A DNA stretch of 64,000 nt. Source: Eledone cirrhosa. Lineage: Eukaryota. A program made the translations under genes and the position numbers. The stretch spans positions 338,582,001 through 338,646,000 of the forward strand of contig OZ024742.1 in assembly GCA_964016885.1 (NCBI GenBank). The letters run 5' to 3'. Under the pieces are notes generated by a model that saw only the letters and a list, made by a program, of their open reading frames with translations, did not search any database and had not been told where the DNA came from. Below are positions 26,263-38,439 of this stretch, one piece after another. Numbering within the stretch: the stretch's first letter is position 1; every line of letters starts with the position of its first letter.

Positions 26263-26639
26263 ATAAAACATAGTGAAATATTTGGAAAGACTCCTCAAGA
26301 AATGCAAAAAATATATTAAAAAATATAAGGAAATATAGTTAGGGTATGTGTATATGTATGTATATACACTCACAAATGTACATATGTGTGTGTATGTACA
26401 AATGCATGTGTATGGTGAAAATGTGAAAATTGAAAAAGTCATAGGAGTGAAGAGTGCTTTATGTAAGTACCAGAGCAAAATTTAATTTAAACAATACACA
26501 TTTTCACCATACACACATATGTACATTTGTGAGTGTATATACATACATATACACATACCCTAACTATATTTCCTTATATTTTTTAATATATTTTTTGCAT
26601 TTCTTGAGGAGTCTTTTCAAATATTTCACTATGTTTTAT

Positions 26640-26715
26640 ATTGCCTTGTCCGACGAACGAATGAGGACGTTTTTCGTATTCGTCTTATTCGTGAAACCTC
26701 TGGTAATGAGGTAAT
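26640..26715 (+). ncRNA. Type I hammerhead ribozyme
   Basis: attgccttgt CCGACGA acgaatgaggacg..cgtcttattcgt GAAAC ctctg GTA atgaggtaat. This gives a 10-bp stem I (with G-U pairs), a 12-bp stem II, a 3-bp stem III and a GUA site. The core has a U4>C variant. Confidence 0.75.
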
Positions 26716-26810
26716 TATATTGTATTGTTTATTATAAATTATATTTTGCTCTGGTACTTACACAGAGCACTCTTCACTCCTATGACTTTTTCAATTTTCA
26801 ACGGAAACTT

Positions 26811-26847
<37 letters not shown>

Positions 26848-26864
26848 GTGTTTATTATCTATAA

Positions 26865-27017
26865 GGGTCGGACGCCATGCTTTGACGCATGGAGTTACGC
26901 TCCTTTCCATTCTGAGTTCAAATATCGCCGAGGTTAACTTTGCCTTTCATCAATAAAATAAAGTACCAGTAATACACTGTGTAATTGCTGGCATTGTGCC
27001 AAAAGTAGAAACAATTA
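26865..27017 (+). mobile_element. tRNA-SINE copy whose (ATT)n tail hosts the Helitron
   Basis: gagttcaaat..gttaactttgcctttcatc..gtagaaacaatta; the tail continues at 33535 (ttattattatt). Confidence 0.8.
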
Positions 27018-27478
27018 TCTATATATTAATACGCTACTAATACCTACGTACCGTCCGACCGTGTGTGTCACGCTTTCAGTAAAACAATGGAAGTGGGATG
27101 GTAGACAATCTACGAAAATCTACGGCGAAAGAAAATGATAGAACGTTGCAACATAGAGAAAGGGAAGGGTTTATATAGAGAGAGAGGGGTGTGTGTCATG
27201 CTTTCAGTAGTTACATGCTTTACCCTCAGTTTTTTGTTTGTTTTTTTGTTACAAGTTTTTATTTATTACAAACATCATCTCTAACCACTTTTTTTATACC
27301 AGCTAAGTGTTCTTCATAATTACTGAAACAACCATTCTTAAAAATGGAAGATAGAATAAGTCAACAAAGAGAGGCAGCGAGAGAGCGACAAAGAAGACGA
27401 CGACAACGGTTACGAGCAGAAGAGAGGCAAGCAATCCATGACTGTGATTGAGAACAAATGTAAGAAAGGAGGAATGAT

Positions 27479-27880
27479 ATGAGCCAAGAGGAGAGAGAAG
27501 CTTATCTACAGAATAGAAGAAGCGGAGATCAGGATAAAAGAAATAACATGAATCCAGAGGAGAGAGAAGCTCATCTACAGAATAGAAGAAGCGCAGATGA
27601 TGACAGAAGAAATAACACGAATTCAGAGGAGAGAGAAGCTTATCTACAGAATAGAAGAAACGTAGATCATGATAGAAGAATTAACATGAATCCAGAGAAG
27701 AGAGAGTCTTATCTACAGAATAATAGAAACAGAGTTCAAGAGCGAAGAAATTATATGAATCCAGAAGAGAGAGAGAAACTTATCTACAGAATATGAGAAA
27801 CAGAGATCACGAGAGAAGAAATGACATGAATCAAGAGGAGAGAGAATTTTATCTAGAGAATATGAGAAACAGAGTTCAAC
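27479..27880 (+). repeat. 66-bp (22-aa) coding tandem repeat in the Helitron N-terminus
   Basis: About 6 units of MNPEEREAYLQNRR...RRN. Confidence 0.85.
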
Positions 27881-28365
27881 AGCGACGAAATGCCATAATT
27901 GAGGAGCAGCCTTTACGTTTCCATATTGGTGATATGAATGTCATTTGCCAATACTGTGAAGCTCTAAGATTCTCAGGAGAGCCCCTGAATTGCTGCCACA
28001 ATGGAAAAGTATTACTTCCTGCTTTACAAGAATATCTTGATAATCTTAGGCTATTATTTGATATAAATAACCACGAAGGATCTAATTTTAGGAACAACAT
28101 AAGAAATTATAATTCTGCCTTTGCATTTGCTTCTTTTGGTGCCAATATCAAACCTCCACCGGGACGTGGCCCTTATTGCTTCCGGTTACAAGGTCAAATA
28201 TATCATTATGCCAGCAACTTGCATCCAAACGAAAATGAACAGAGAAGATATGGACAGCTCGACATCATTGAAACAAATGAAGCAATCCATACCCGAGCAA
28301 ATGCTAATGAAAATGCCAATTGCTTATTATCAGTGTTTGAACAAATAACGGTTTCAATGAATAAT

Positions 28366-28547
28366 TGTTTCTACTTTAGGCACAAGGCCAGCAATTACCC
28401 AGTGCATTACTGGTACTTTATTTTATCGACCCCGTAAGGATGAAAGGCAAAGTCAACCTCGGCGGGATTTGAACTCAGATCGTAAAGGGACGTAACTATG
28501 CTGGAAAGCATGGCGTCCGACCCTCTACCGATACTGCCAATCCACCA
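28366..28547 (-). mobile_element. tRNA-SINE inserted in the Helitron
   Basis: Full SINE body flanked by the TSD atgaataat. Confidence 0.88.
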
Positions 28548-29475
28548 TGAATAATAATCCTTATGCAGCAGCATACAATACTATGAGAACTGTTGAAATG
28601 CAAGAACAACAGCGAGCTGCAATAGAAAATATCCCTTCTAGAAAAGTAACCATGTAATTCATAGCATGCCATGATGCAAGAAGATACAATAATTCAACGA
28701 ACAATGAGGTTGCAGCAATTTCTGTTGGTGAAGATGGAGCGTCGCCACTACATAAATAGAGAATATCGTACATTTCTTGCCACTTAGACCCCATGGTATA
28801 TCCTCTTCTCTTTCCAAATGGCTATCAAGGATGGCATATTAACATGCCGCACGTACAACATCATCAAACAAGAGTTCGTAACAAAGTAACAATGCAGGAA
28901 TTCTACGCATTTCGCTTGGCCATAAGAGGCGGTTTCAGTGTAATACATCGAGCGGGAAAATTATTTCAGCAATACATTGTTGATGCATATGTTAAAGTAG
29001 AGGGATGTCGCTTGAATTTCATTGAAAATAACCAAGCACAGTTGAGTGTACTCTGGCCTCATGGATCACCTAGCGAGAAACAATGAAATTGATGAGTCCC
29101 TGTTATTCTACCTTCAACTTTCACCAGGAGCCCAAGGAATATGCAACAAACATATCAAGACTCAATGGCGATAGTTTGCAAATATGGAAAGCCTGACCTA
29201 TTTATAACTTATACTTGCAATCCAAAATACCAAGAAATTACCGAAAACTTAGGGCCCCACGAAACAGCTCAAAACAGGCCAGATTTAGTAGCGCGCGTTT
29301 ACAAATTACATCTTAATGAATTGATGATTGATATTAAAGAAATACACGTGCTTGGTGTACCTATTGCTCATATACATGTGATTGAATTTCAGAAAAGAGA
29401 TCCTCCGCATTGTCATATGTTTATCATGTTGCGTGAAGAAGATAAAATTAGAACAAAAGAACAATTTGATAACAT

Positions 29476-31139
29476 TATAGCAAAATACTAGTGTGTATGA
29501 ATGTAACAAGGAGACATGGTTTGTGTGTATAATATTTAATCAACAATTTAACAGTATAGTTGACATGTCAATGAATAAACGAAAGAATGAAGCAAAGTTA
29601 GTAGTTACCGTTTTGATTGCCAGGCAAACGCGGCTGACAGAAGACGCCTGGCGAAGGCCAGGCGCCGGAAGGGCAAATGAGAGGTAGGGAACTGAAAGTT
29701 CTTCGTTTTATAGGGTTCTGCCGGAAGTGATAAAAAGGGTTCTATCACCCCAACGGGAAGCAACTCCAACTACTTCCCGTCTAGAGAGCGTGACTCCATT
29801 GGAGATGTGAGTGTCACAACAAGGGAGGCGACTCTTGCTACATAACCTCCCGCCAGAATTTTAGAATATAAAAATCGAATGAAATATGTATGTAGCAGGT
29901 TGGCGAGAATGTTGTAACAGGCATGAAAATTACGAAAAAAAAATAATGTTTGCAAAAATCAATGATAGAAATCAAGGTAGCCAACCGCTCTTGGCCAGAG
30001 AACGACTGGACATCTATCTATCCATCACCCAAAGATACAATGTAATAAAGTAAGAGAAGAGCTTAAAGTTCAAATGTACAAAATATAGTTCACAGGTGTG
30101 CAATCACATGACAGCAGGAAAGAAAGTGTGTTCCAGAGAATGAATGCAGGTGGTTTCTGTTCTGTGGTATATCGTGAAATTTCCAACCTCCGAATGGATT
30201 TTCTCACAGGAAGAGTGCTGCAAAAATAAATTCTCTGGCTTGTTCTGCTGGTTTTGGTTGTTGGTGAAGCTGTGTTGCTGTTGATGTTGTTGTCTCGCGG
30301 AGTGAGCGTATTCGGTGTTTAAATTCACAGTAAAAAAAAATTTTTTTTGGAAAAAATGAGTTGCGCAAAGTGCTAGAAATAACAGCCGAAGTTGATGGTC
30401 GATGTTGAGAATGCGTTGACCTGGAAGGGTCAAGAGGCCAGCGACCAAAGAAATAAGCATTCTGATTAAATGCGCAGTTTTCAACGGCAAATTTACGTGG
30501 TAAATTTTTAAACCGGCAAATAGGAGAATATAGCTTAAGGCTGAAGAATCCTTGCGAGAAACGTTATCTTTGGTGTGCGGCTATCTCTGTGAGTCGAGAT
30601 ATCTTCGTGAGTTGAGAATTTGTGCTGCCTACACGTGCCAATACAAGGTTAAGTTAGGTTGAAAAAATAATATTTCTAATGCGCGAGAAAATGGCGCGAA
30701 AATTATAGTGCAACAGGTCGTTGGCAGCCATTTTGAAAAAAATGTGTGTGTGAAAGTGACAATGATGAAAAATAAAGGCTTCACTTAGCATAATTATTGG
30801 TGTGAACTTTGAAAAAAAACTTGAACGATGAAGAAAACGATGAAAAAAAGGCAATGGTTGAGGTTCATCGAAAATAAATGTTCCTGTTGAAATGTTTTTT
30901 TTTAAAAAATCAACTTTTTTTTTTTTTTTTTTTTTAAAGTGTTCGTTGTAAGAAGGGCAAATGAGAGGTAGGGAACTGAAAGTTCTTCGTTTTATAGGGT
31001 TCTGCCGGAAGTGATAAAAAGGGTTCTATCACTCCAACGGGAAGCAACTCCAACTACTTCCCGTCTAGAGAGTGTGACTCCATTGGAGATGTGAGTGTCA
31101 CAACAAGGGAGGCGACTCCTGCTACATACTCCTGCTACA
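29476..31139 (-). mobile_element. Non-autonomous LTR element, second copy, inserted in the Helitron
   Basis: Reverse-complement homolog of 8924-10552. The TSD ACAT restores Helitron codons DNIVSEIP. Purine tract GGCGGGAGG precedes the 3' LTR. Confidence 0.87.
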
Positions 31140-33975
31140 ACATTGTCTCTGAGATTCCACCCATGGAAGAACCAGTGTTGAGGGAGTTGGTTCGAACACT
31201 GATGATACATGGACCTTCCGGAGTATCAAATCCGAAATCTGGCTGTATGGTCGACGGACAATGTCAGAAGAAATTCTCTAAGGAATATCAGGAAAATACC
31301 ATCAACAATGTTTCAGGATATCCGGTATACAGACGGAGAAACAATGGAGACACAGTACAAGTGGGAACTCATCAAGTGAACAATAGATTTGTTGTTCCAT
31401 ATAATAAGTATCTGTTGAAAAAATATCATGCACACATTAACGTTGAAGTGTGCTCTTCTGTGAAAAGTGTGAAATATCTTTTCAAGTATATAAAGGACAT
31501 GATTGCGCAATGATGGAAGTGAGGAATGATATTACAAATAACAACGAACAAATCAATGGAAATGAATACAATAAATAAAACAATATATTTCGTGCAGGTA
31601 CGTGTCTCCACCTGAAGCATTTTGGCGATTATCGGAGTTCAAAATTATCGGGCAGTCCCACACAGTATACCGTTTGTCTCTGCATTTACCTGATGAAAAA
31701 CAAGTGTACTACAGAGAAGAGCAACGACAAGCAGCTGCACGAGCACAAGAGCGGGACACACATTTGACCACTTGGTTCAAGCTAAACCAATCTGACGAGA
31801 ATGCTAGAAATCTTCTGTACTGTGATAGTCCTCAACAATATGTGTTTCAGAAAAAGAGTACCAAATGGACTCAGCGAGTACGCTTCCATAATATTGTAAC
31901 CAGAATGTACTCAGCAAGTCCACGTAACGCAGAAAAATTTCATTTGAGAATGCTTCTCCTGCATATTCCTGGCGCGACTTCTTTCAATGATTTAAGAACT
32001 GATGAAGGTGAAGAATTTGAAACTTTCAAGGAGGCGTGTATTAGATTGAGACTTCTTGATGATGATAATGAACTACAAGATACTTTGACAGAGGCAGCAG
32101 CATATCAAATGCCTCGACAGCTTCTAAACATGTTTGCTATGATTTGCCTCTTCAGTCAACCCGTCAATGCTTTACAACTGTGGAATGAAAACAAACAGTT
32201 CATGATTGAGGATCTTTTGCAGACAAATGACAACACAACAGCTGAAAATATTGCTCTTCAGTTGATGAATGCCATATTTAGAGAAAATGGTATGCATTGT
32301 AGCATGTTTGGCCTTCCTGAACCAGTCGGAGACCCCCTTCAAATGAACCTTATGCGGAAAACCCAATCATAGATCCAAATTTATTGAACAATGAACAAAG
32401 AGAAGCATTTAATTGCGTGATTGATGCTGCATTAGCAGTTAACAGAGGAGAATAAACAAGTAATAGACTGTTCTATTTGGATGCGCCAGGAGGACCAGGA
32501 AAAACATTTTTATTCAATATGATCTTCGATCACCTTACTGCTAATAATATAACAGTAAGTATATCTGTCTGGAATGGCATTGCGGCAACACTCTTGAAAG
32601 GTGGTAAAACTCTTCACAGTATATTCAAGCTTCCAGTTCCTTTGAGTGAAACAAATGTGTGCAATGTTCCTCCAAATTCTGATCAAGGAAACATTTTTAG
32701 GAGAGTAAAAGTCTTCATTATTGACGAAGCTTCAATGATACCAGCTTATGCTTTGCATGAAATAGATAAATGTTTAAGAGATATTATGAATAATGATAGT
32801 ATATTTGGTGGAAAAATTATCGTACTAGGAGGAGATTTTAGAAGTTCTTCCAGTTGTTCCCAGAACTCCCCCTGCAGCTGTACTTGATGTCTGTCTCAAA
32901 CGCTCTTCTCAGTGGGATCATTTTCATCAAATGAAACTCACACAAAACACGAGAACAAATGCAAATGAACAAGATTTTTCGAGGTGGCTACTACAACTTG
33001 GAAGTGGATTTCTACGAAGCTCTCTTGATAATGTCGCAGAAGATACTATTGATATTTCTGAGGCATGCATATGCAACAATTATTTGGAATCTGATATCTT
33101 TGATAATTGCACAGCAGAAGAAATGAAAACCAGAGTGATCTTATTCCCCCAAAATTCAGACTGCTTAGCAGTAAATGAAGAAATTATAAGAAGATTGCCC
33201 ACTGAAAATAAAACATATCTAAGCACCAACTCTGTAACTTGTGACAATGAAGAAGAAGGTCAGAATTATCCCATGGAGTTTATAAACTCTCTTACATCTT
33301 CTGGAATGCCTCCCCATCGCAATTATTATGCTGCCTAGAAACCTCTCTATAACACAAGGTCTATGCAACGGAACTCGCCTGGAAGTATTTCAGCTCCACG
33401 AGCATAGCATCGAAGCGTCAGTTATAAGTGGATCTCACTCACAGAGGAGAGTACTGATTCCAAGAATGAAACTAAATCCAAGCGATGCAAACATTCAAAA
33501 ATTATCCGTGAATTTTTTCACGGGTCCAGCTTAGTTATTATTATTGTTATTAGGATGATTTGGGAAATAATTTTGTGTCTACGAACAATGATGATAACGT
33601 TGAATGAGAAGTGTAAGGGATGTAACTGTCTCGGTGTGAAAGCAACTAAATGTTTCTGGCGCGTCACAGAAATACTTCCTCCCATTAATGCAACCTCGTA
33701 TAAGTTAGAGTCTCATAAAACAACATAGGATACGATAGAGTCTCTCAAAAAAACCCCAAGGGTTCTGCGATAATATTCTGTTGTTCCATGAGATAATGTG
33801 TCTTTTAGAAAAATTTAATAAAAATATTTGCGATGTATTTATTTTACAAGGTTTTTGATATGAAATTGTGTGTTCACGCACACTAACGCATGCGCAAACA
33901 GAGACAAAAAACAAACAAACAACAAAAAACAAAAACAAAAAACAATGTTATAGGAACGGGAGGAGACAGCGATAA

Positions 33976-33984
<9 letters not shown>

Positions 33985-34006
<22 letters not shown>

Positions 34007-34190
34007 TGTTTCTACTATTAGCACAAGACCAGCAATTACCCAGTACATTACTGGTACTTTATTTTACCGACCCCGTAAGGATGAAAGGCAAAGTTAACCT
34101 CGGTGGGATTTGAACTCAGAATGGCAAGGGCCGTAACTCTATGCGTCAAAGCATGGCGTCCGACCCTCTACCGATACTGCCAATTCACCG
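33985..34190 (-). mobile_element. tRNA-SINE copy
   Basis: Full SINE body with (ATT)n tail. Confidence 0.88.
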
Positions 34191-34194
34191 AATA

Positions 34195-35391
34195 ATAATG
34201 AAATTATTGTGTAAAGTGCTCAGGTGCACTACAACTCGTCAAAGGTGCATGTATAGTACATAGAATAATATACAAATGTCAGGGAAGTGAATAGTGTATG
34301 AGTCATGATATACATGTATGTATGTGTATGGAGGGAGAACATTAGGTGTAGTGTTGGCGAATCTCAGGAAGCATGGAGGCCTTAAAGGATGCAGTGTCAC
34401 GACAGCTAATAACTGGTGCAGGTAGTTTGTTCCATGCTTCAGCAACTCCGAGCGTGAAAAAATGTTTCCGAAAGTCATGGGAACTGTGCTGTTTTCTGAC
34501 TTTGTGGGCATGTCCACGTGTGTTAGACACATAGAAATCAAAAAGGTACTCAGGGTTGTTGTTGGCAAGATGGTTAACAATTTTGTGGGTGTTTACCAAG
34601 TCAGTTGCCAGGCGTCAGAGCTTCAATGCATGCATGCCCAGGGAAGCAAGGCGTTCAGAGTATGGTAGATGCCTGATGGAGGGTATTTGCTTGTTTGCAC
34701 GTCTCTGAACAGTTCCCAGGCGGTCAATGTTCTGAGCAAGATAGGGGTTCCAGCCTGGTGATGCAAATTCTAAGTGTGGCCGCATCATAGCCATGTACAG
34801 CCTTAAATAGATAGCTGAAGAGCGGCTGACAAAGGTCTTGCTGAGTGATGCTAAGACACCCTCAGCCCTCTTGACAATTTTAGAGACGTGCTCCATCCAA
34901 CGCAAATCGCTGCTGACCGTAATGCCCAGGTCACGTTCAAAAGAAGACTTCTTGATATTAGTGCTGTGGAGGGAGTATATGGACGCTGGGTTTTTACTCC
35001 CAAAATGCATGGTGGTGCACTTGTCCACAGCTAGCTTGAGTTGTCAGTCTGAGATCCATTGTTGCATTGTGTCCAGATCAGACTGCAAGCAAGATCTATA
35101 GTGTTCAGGATCTGTCCTTTTTATCTCAAGGTACAGCTTGATGTCATCTGCGTACTTTAGTACTATGGCATTCTTTAAGTTGGCACCTATGTCATTAATA
35201 TATGCCACAAACAAAAGGGGGCCAAGAACAGATTCCTGCGGTACACCAGATGACATCTCACATGGTGAGGAATGCTGTCTCAGAACCGTGACTACCTCTC
35301 TTCTACTGAGAATGAAGGACTTCAACCAGTTAAAAAATCATCCTTCACACCCATTGCAGAGAGTTTTGCCATAAGCCTTTTGTATGGCACA
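34195..35391 (-). mobile_element. CR1/L2-group LINE, 3' half
   Basis: SGVPQESVLGPLLF, YADDIKLY, ERDLGI, RPHLEFASP, TRGHAHK..FF..WNKLP. Confidence 0.9.
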
Positions 35392-35691
35392 TGTCAGATA
35401 TCTTCTCTTGCACACTATATCTGATTCTTTTTATACCCAGTTTATTTCATTCTTTATCGTTCATGCTCGCTTCATTTCTCTCCAGCCTTCGTATATCCTC
35501 TGCATTCATAGCCCATGTTTCACTACCATACAATATCGCATAGCTGACATACATCAAACAGTCGGCCTTTCGTTTATAGAAAGAAACCTTTTGTTGTCAA
35601 CCTTTTCTATCTTGTTCTTATTCTAGCTATTGTACACTCAGAACATCTTTCGTCACTGTTAACTATATCCGCAGCGGAAGCTATCAAACTG

Positions 35692-36982
35692 CTGTGATCA
35701 ACTTATCGAGTTTCTTGAAAACATCACCCGGATCACTGATGGCGGCTTATAGGTGGATGTTGTTTACCTTGACTTTGCTAAAGCTTTTAATTCTGTGCCA
35801 CACAAAAGACTTATGTCAAAACTCTCTGCAATGCGTGTGAAGGATGATCATATCACTGGTTGAAGTCCTTCATTCTCAGTCGAAGAGAGGTAGTCACGGT
35901 TCTAGGACAGCATTCCTCACCATATGAGATGTCATCTGGTGTACCGCAGGATCTGTTCTTGGCCCCCTTTTGTTTGTGGAATATATTAACGACATAGATG
36001 CCAACTTAAAGAATGCCACAGTAATGAAATATGCAGATGACATCAAGCTGTACCTTGAGATAAAAAGGACAGATCCTGAACACTATAGATCTTGCCTGAA
36101 ATCTGACCTGGACACAATGCAGCAATGGATCACGGACTGGCAACTCAAGCTGGCTGTGGACAAGTGTACCACCATGCATTTTGGGAGTAAAAACCCAGCG
36201 TCCACACTCTCCCTCCACAACTCCCTCTTGTGAACGTGACCTGGGCATTATTGTCAGCAGCAATTTGCGTTGGACGAAGCTTGTCTCTAGAATTGTCAAG
36301 AAGGCCGAAGGTGTCTTAGCATCACTCAACAAGACCTTTGTCAGCTGCTCTCCAGCTATCTATTTAAAGCTGTACATAGCTATGGTGCGGCCACACTTAG
36401 AATTTGCATCACCAGTCTGGAACCCCTATCTTGCTCAGAACATTGACTGCCTGGGAACTGTTCAGAGACGTGCAACCAAGCGAATACCCCCCATCAGGCA
36501 TCTACCATACTCTGAACGCCTTGCTTCCCTGGGCATGCATACATTGAAGCTCTGACGCCTGGCAACTGCCTTGGTAAACACCCACAAAATTGTTAACCAT
36601 CTTACCAACAACAACCCTGAGTACCTTTTTGATTTCCATGTGTCTAACACACGTGGACATGCCCACAAAGTCAGAAAACAGCACAGTTCCCATGACTTTC
36701 GGAAACATTTTTTCACGCTCAAAGTTGCTGAAGCATGGAACAAACTACCTGCATCGGTTGTTAGCTGCCGAGACACTGCATACTTTAAAACCTACATGCT
36801 TCCCGAGATTCGCCAACACTACACCTAATGTTCACCCTCCATACACATACACACATGTATATCATGACTCATACACTGTTCACTTTCCTGACATTTGTAC
36901 ATTATTCTATGTACTATACATGCACCTTTGATAAGTTGTAGTGCACCTGAACACTGTACACAATAATTTCATTATTATTATT
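35692..36982 (+). mobile_element. CR1/L2-group LINE, 3' half (same family, opposite orientation)
   Basis: VDVVYLDFAKAFNSVPH, YADDIKLY, RPHLEFASPVWNP, 3' tail cattattatta. Confidence 0.9.
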
Positions 36983-38170
36983 AAACACTTCTATGGATCC
37001 TTCCAGGCATTGGAAAAAGTTTCTTTTGCTGATGATCTTACTACCAACTATCTCTGTACATCTGTACATTTGCTACATACGAAATCTACCTTCTCTATTA
37101 GTCTGCCTGCTACCCCGCTACAACTCTTGTGTAACCAAGATTACATTGTGTTCATCGTATGGAGTTTCTACCAACGCCTTTCCTACATATCGAGTAAACC
37201 CACTTCCTTGATGGGACTAATGTCCAGTCTTCTTTCCTAATTACGAAACTTTTGGTCTTTGCTAAAATTTACTGTTTTAAGTTCTGTTTCCATAACCGGA
37301 ATTTCTTCTCGAGCTCTTTCTCAAATTACTATAAGATCCACGTCCTTAGCATACAGAAGTTCATACGAGACAGCCTGTCATAAACTTCTCTGGTATGGCA
37401 TGGAGAATTATAATAAACAGGAGTTGACTGAGCCCTGATGAACATTTACTTACGCTTTGAATTCCCCCGTAAAATCATTACTTACTCTCATTTTACTGAT
37501 AGATCCCCTGTACATGGCTTACACAGCTCTCACAGGCCATTCCTCTACACCTAGTTTCTTTAAGAATCACCAGACGATAGCCGTGGTACTCTTTCAATGG
37601 CCTTTTCAAGATCAACGAAAGCTAGATATAGTAGCTTACGCATAGCTAAAAACTTCTCTTGTAATTGTCTTACTAAGAAGAGTGGTACATCTCCCAGATA
37701 CAAAACCAAATAAAATTTTATCTAATTTGATGCTTTCTCTAATTAGTTGCGTGAAAACTTTTTCTGTCACTTTCTTAGTTTTGTCCATCAGTTTTATTCC
37801 CCTATAGTTGCTCCTATGTAGTGCATCACCTTTTCCCTTATAACAATACGTGAGTTTACTACAACGCCAATCATTGTGTATGATCCCACTCTGCATTACC
37901 TTATTGGTTATGTTGGTGACTAGTTTAGCTCCTACGTACCGAAACGATTTCAACATCTCAGTGACAATGTCCAAAGTTGCTTCTTTGGCCCTATACATAG
38001 TAAAATGCTTCGTTGGCTCTATGAAGGATAATTTCGATAGCTAGTCCATCTGTTGGGTCAGCTGAAGGTAGTTTCTCTTCTTACCATTCATTCTCCACAT
38101 TCCTCATCATCTCATAATAGCATTTACAGGCCTCTTTCTCCTTAGCGTCAGTGATGATAGGTGCACCAAC
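36983..38170 (-). mobile_element. Degraded RTE-clade LINE (continues at 35392-35690 beyond the CR1 insertion)
   Basis: YKGKGDAL..NYRGIKLMD..FGFVSG; homologous to 19873-21520. Confidence 0.8.
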
Positions 38171-38439
38171 AACATCCTAATTCATATATGTATGTATATA
38201 TATGTATACCCCTATATTAACACACTTTTGCTCATAGCTTCGTACTTACATGCACACACTCTTTTCCTCATATATACACACACATTTCTTCTTAGCTTCG
38301 TACGGACGTATAACACACACACACACACATGCTTACGCACGTGCTCAAGTATAGCTCTTTTTACAAAACAGTTTTTTTCCATTTCATGTAGACGCGCTCC
38401 ATCATCCACTTTTCTAAAAAATAGAATATACACAAAAGG

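Larger units (their letters stand above)
27018..33534 (+). mobile_element. Helitron (Rep-helicase pseudogene) with both termini
   Basis: A|TCTATATATTAATAC 5' end; 3' hairpin ccgtgaa-ttt-ttcacgg then CTTAG|T. Motifs CCHNGKV, YNSAFAFAS, YPLLFP, LFQQYIVD, GKPDLFITYTCNP, IEFQKR..HCH, VVPYN..HINVE, DAPGGPGKT, IIDEASM, GGDFR and GLCNGTRL. Many stops; C-terminus deleted. Confidence 0.93.
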
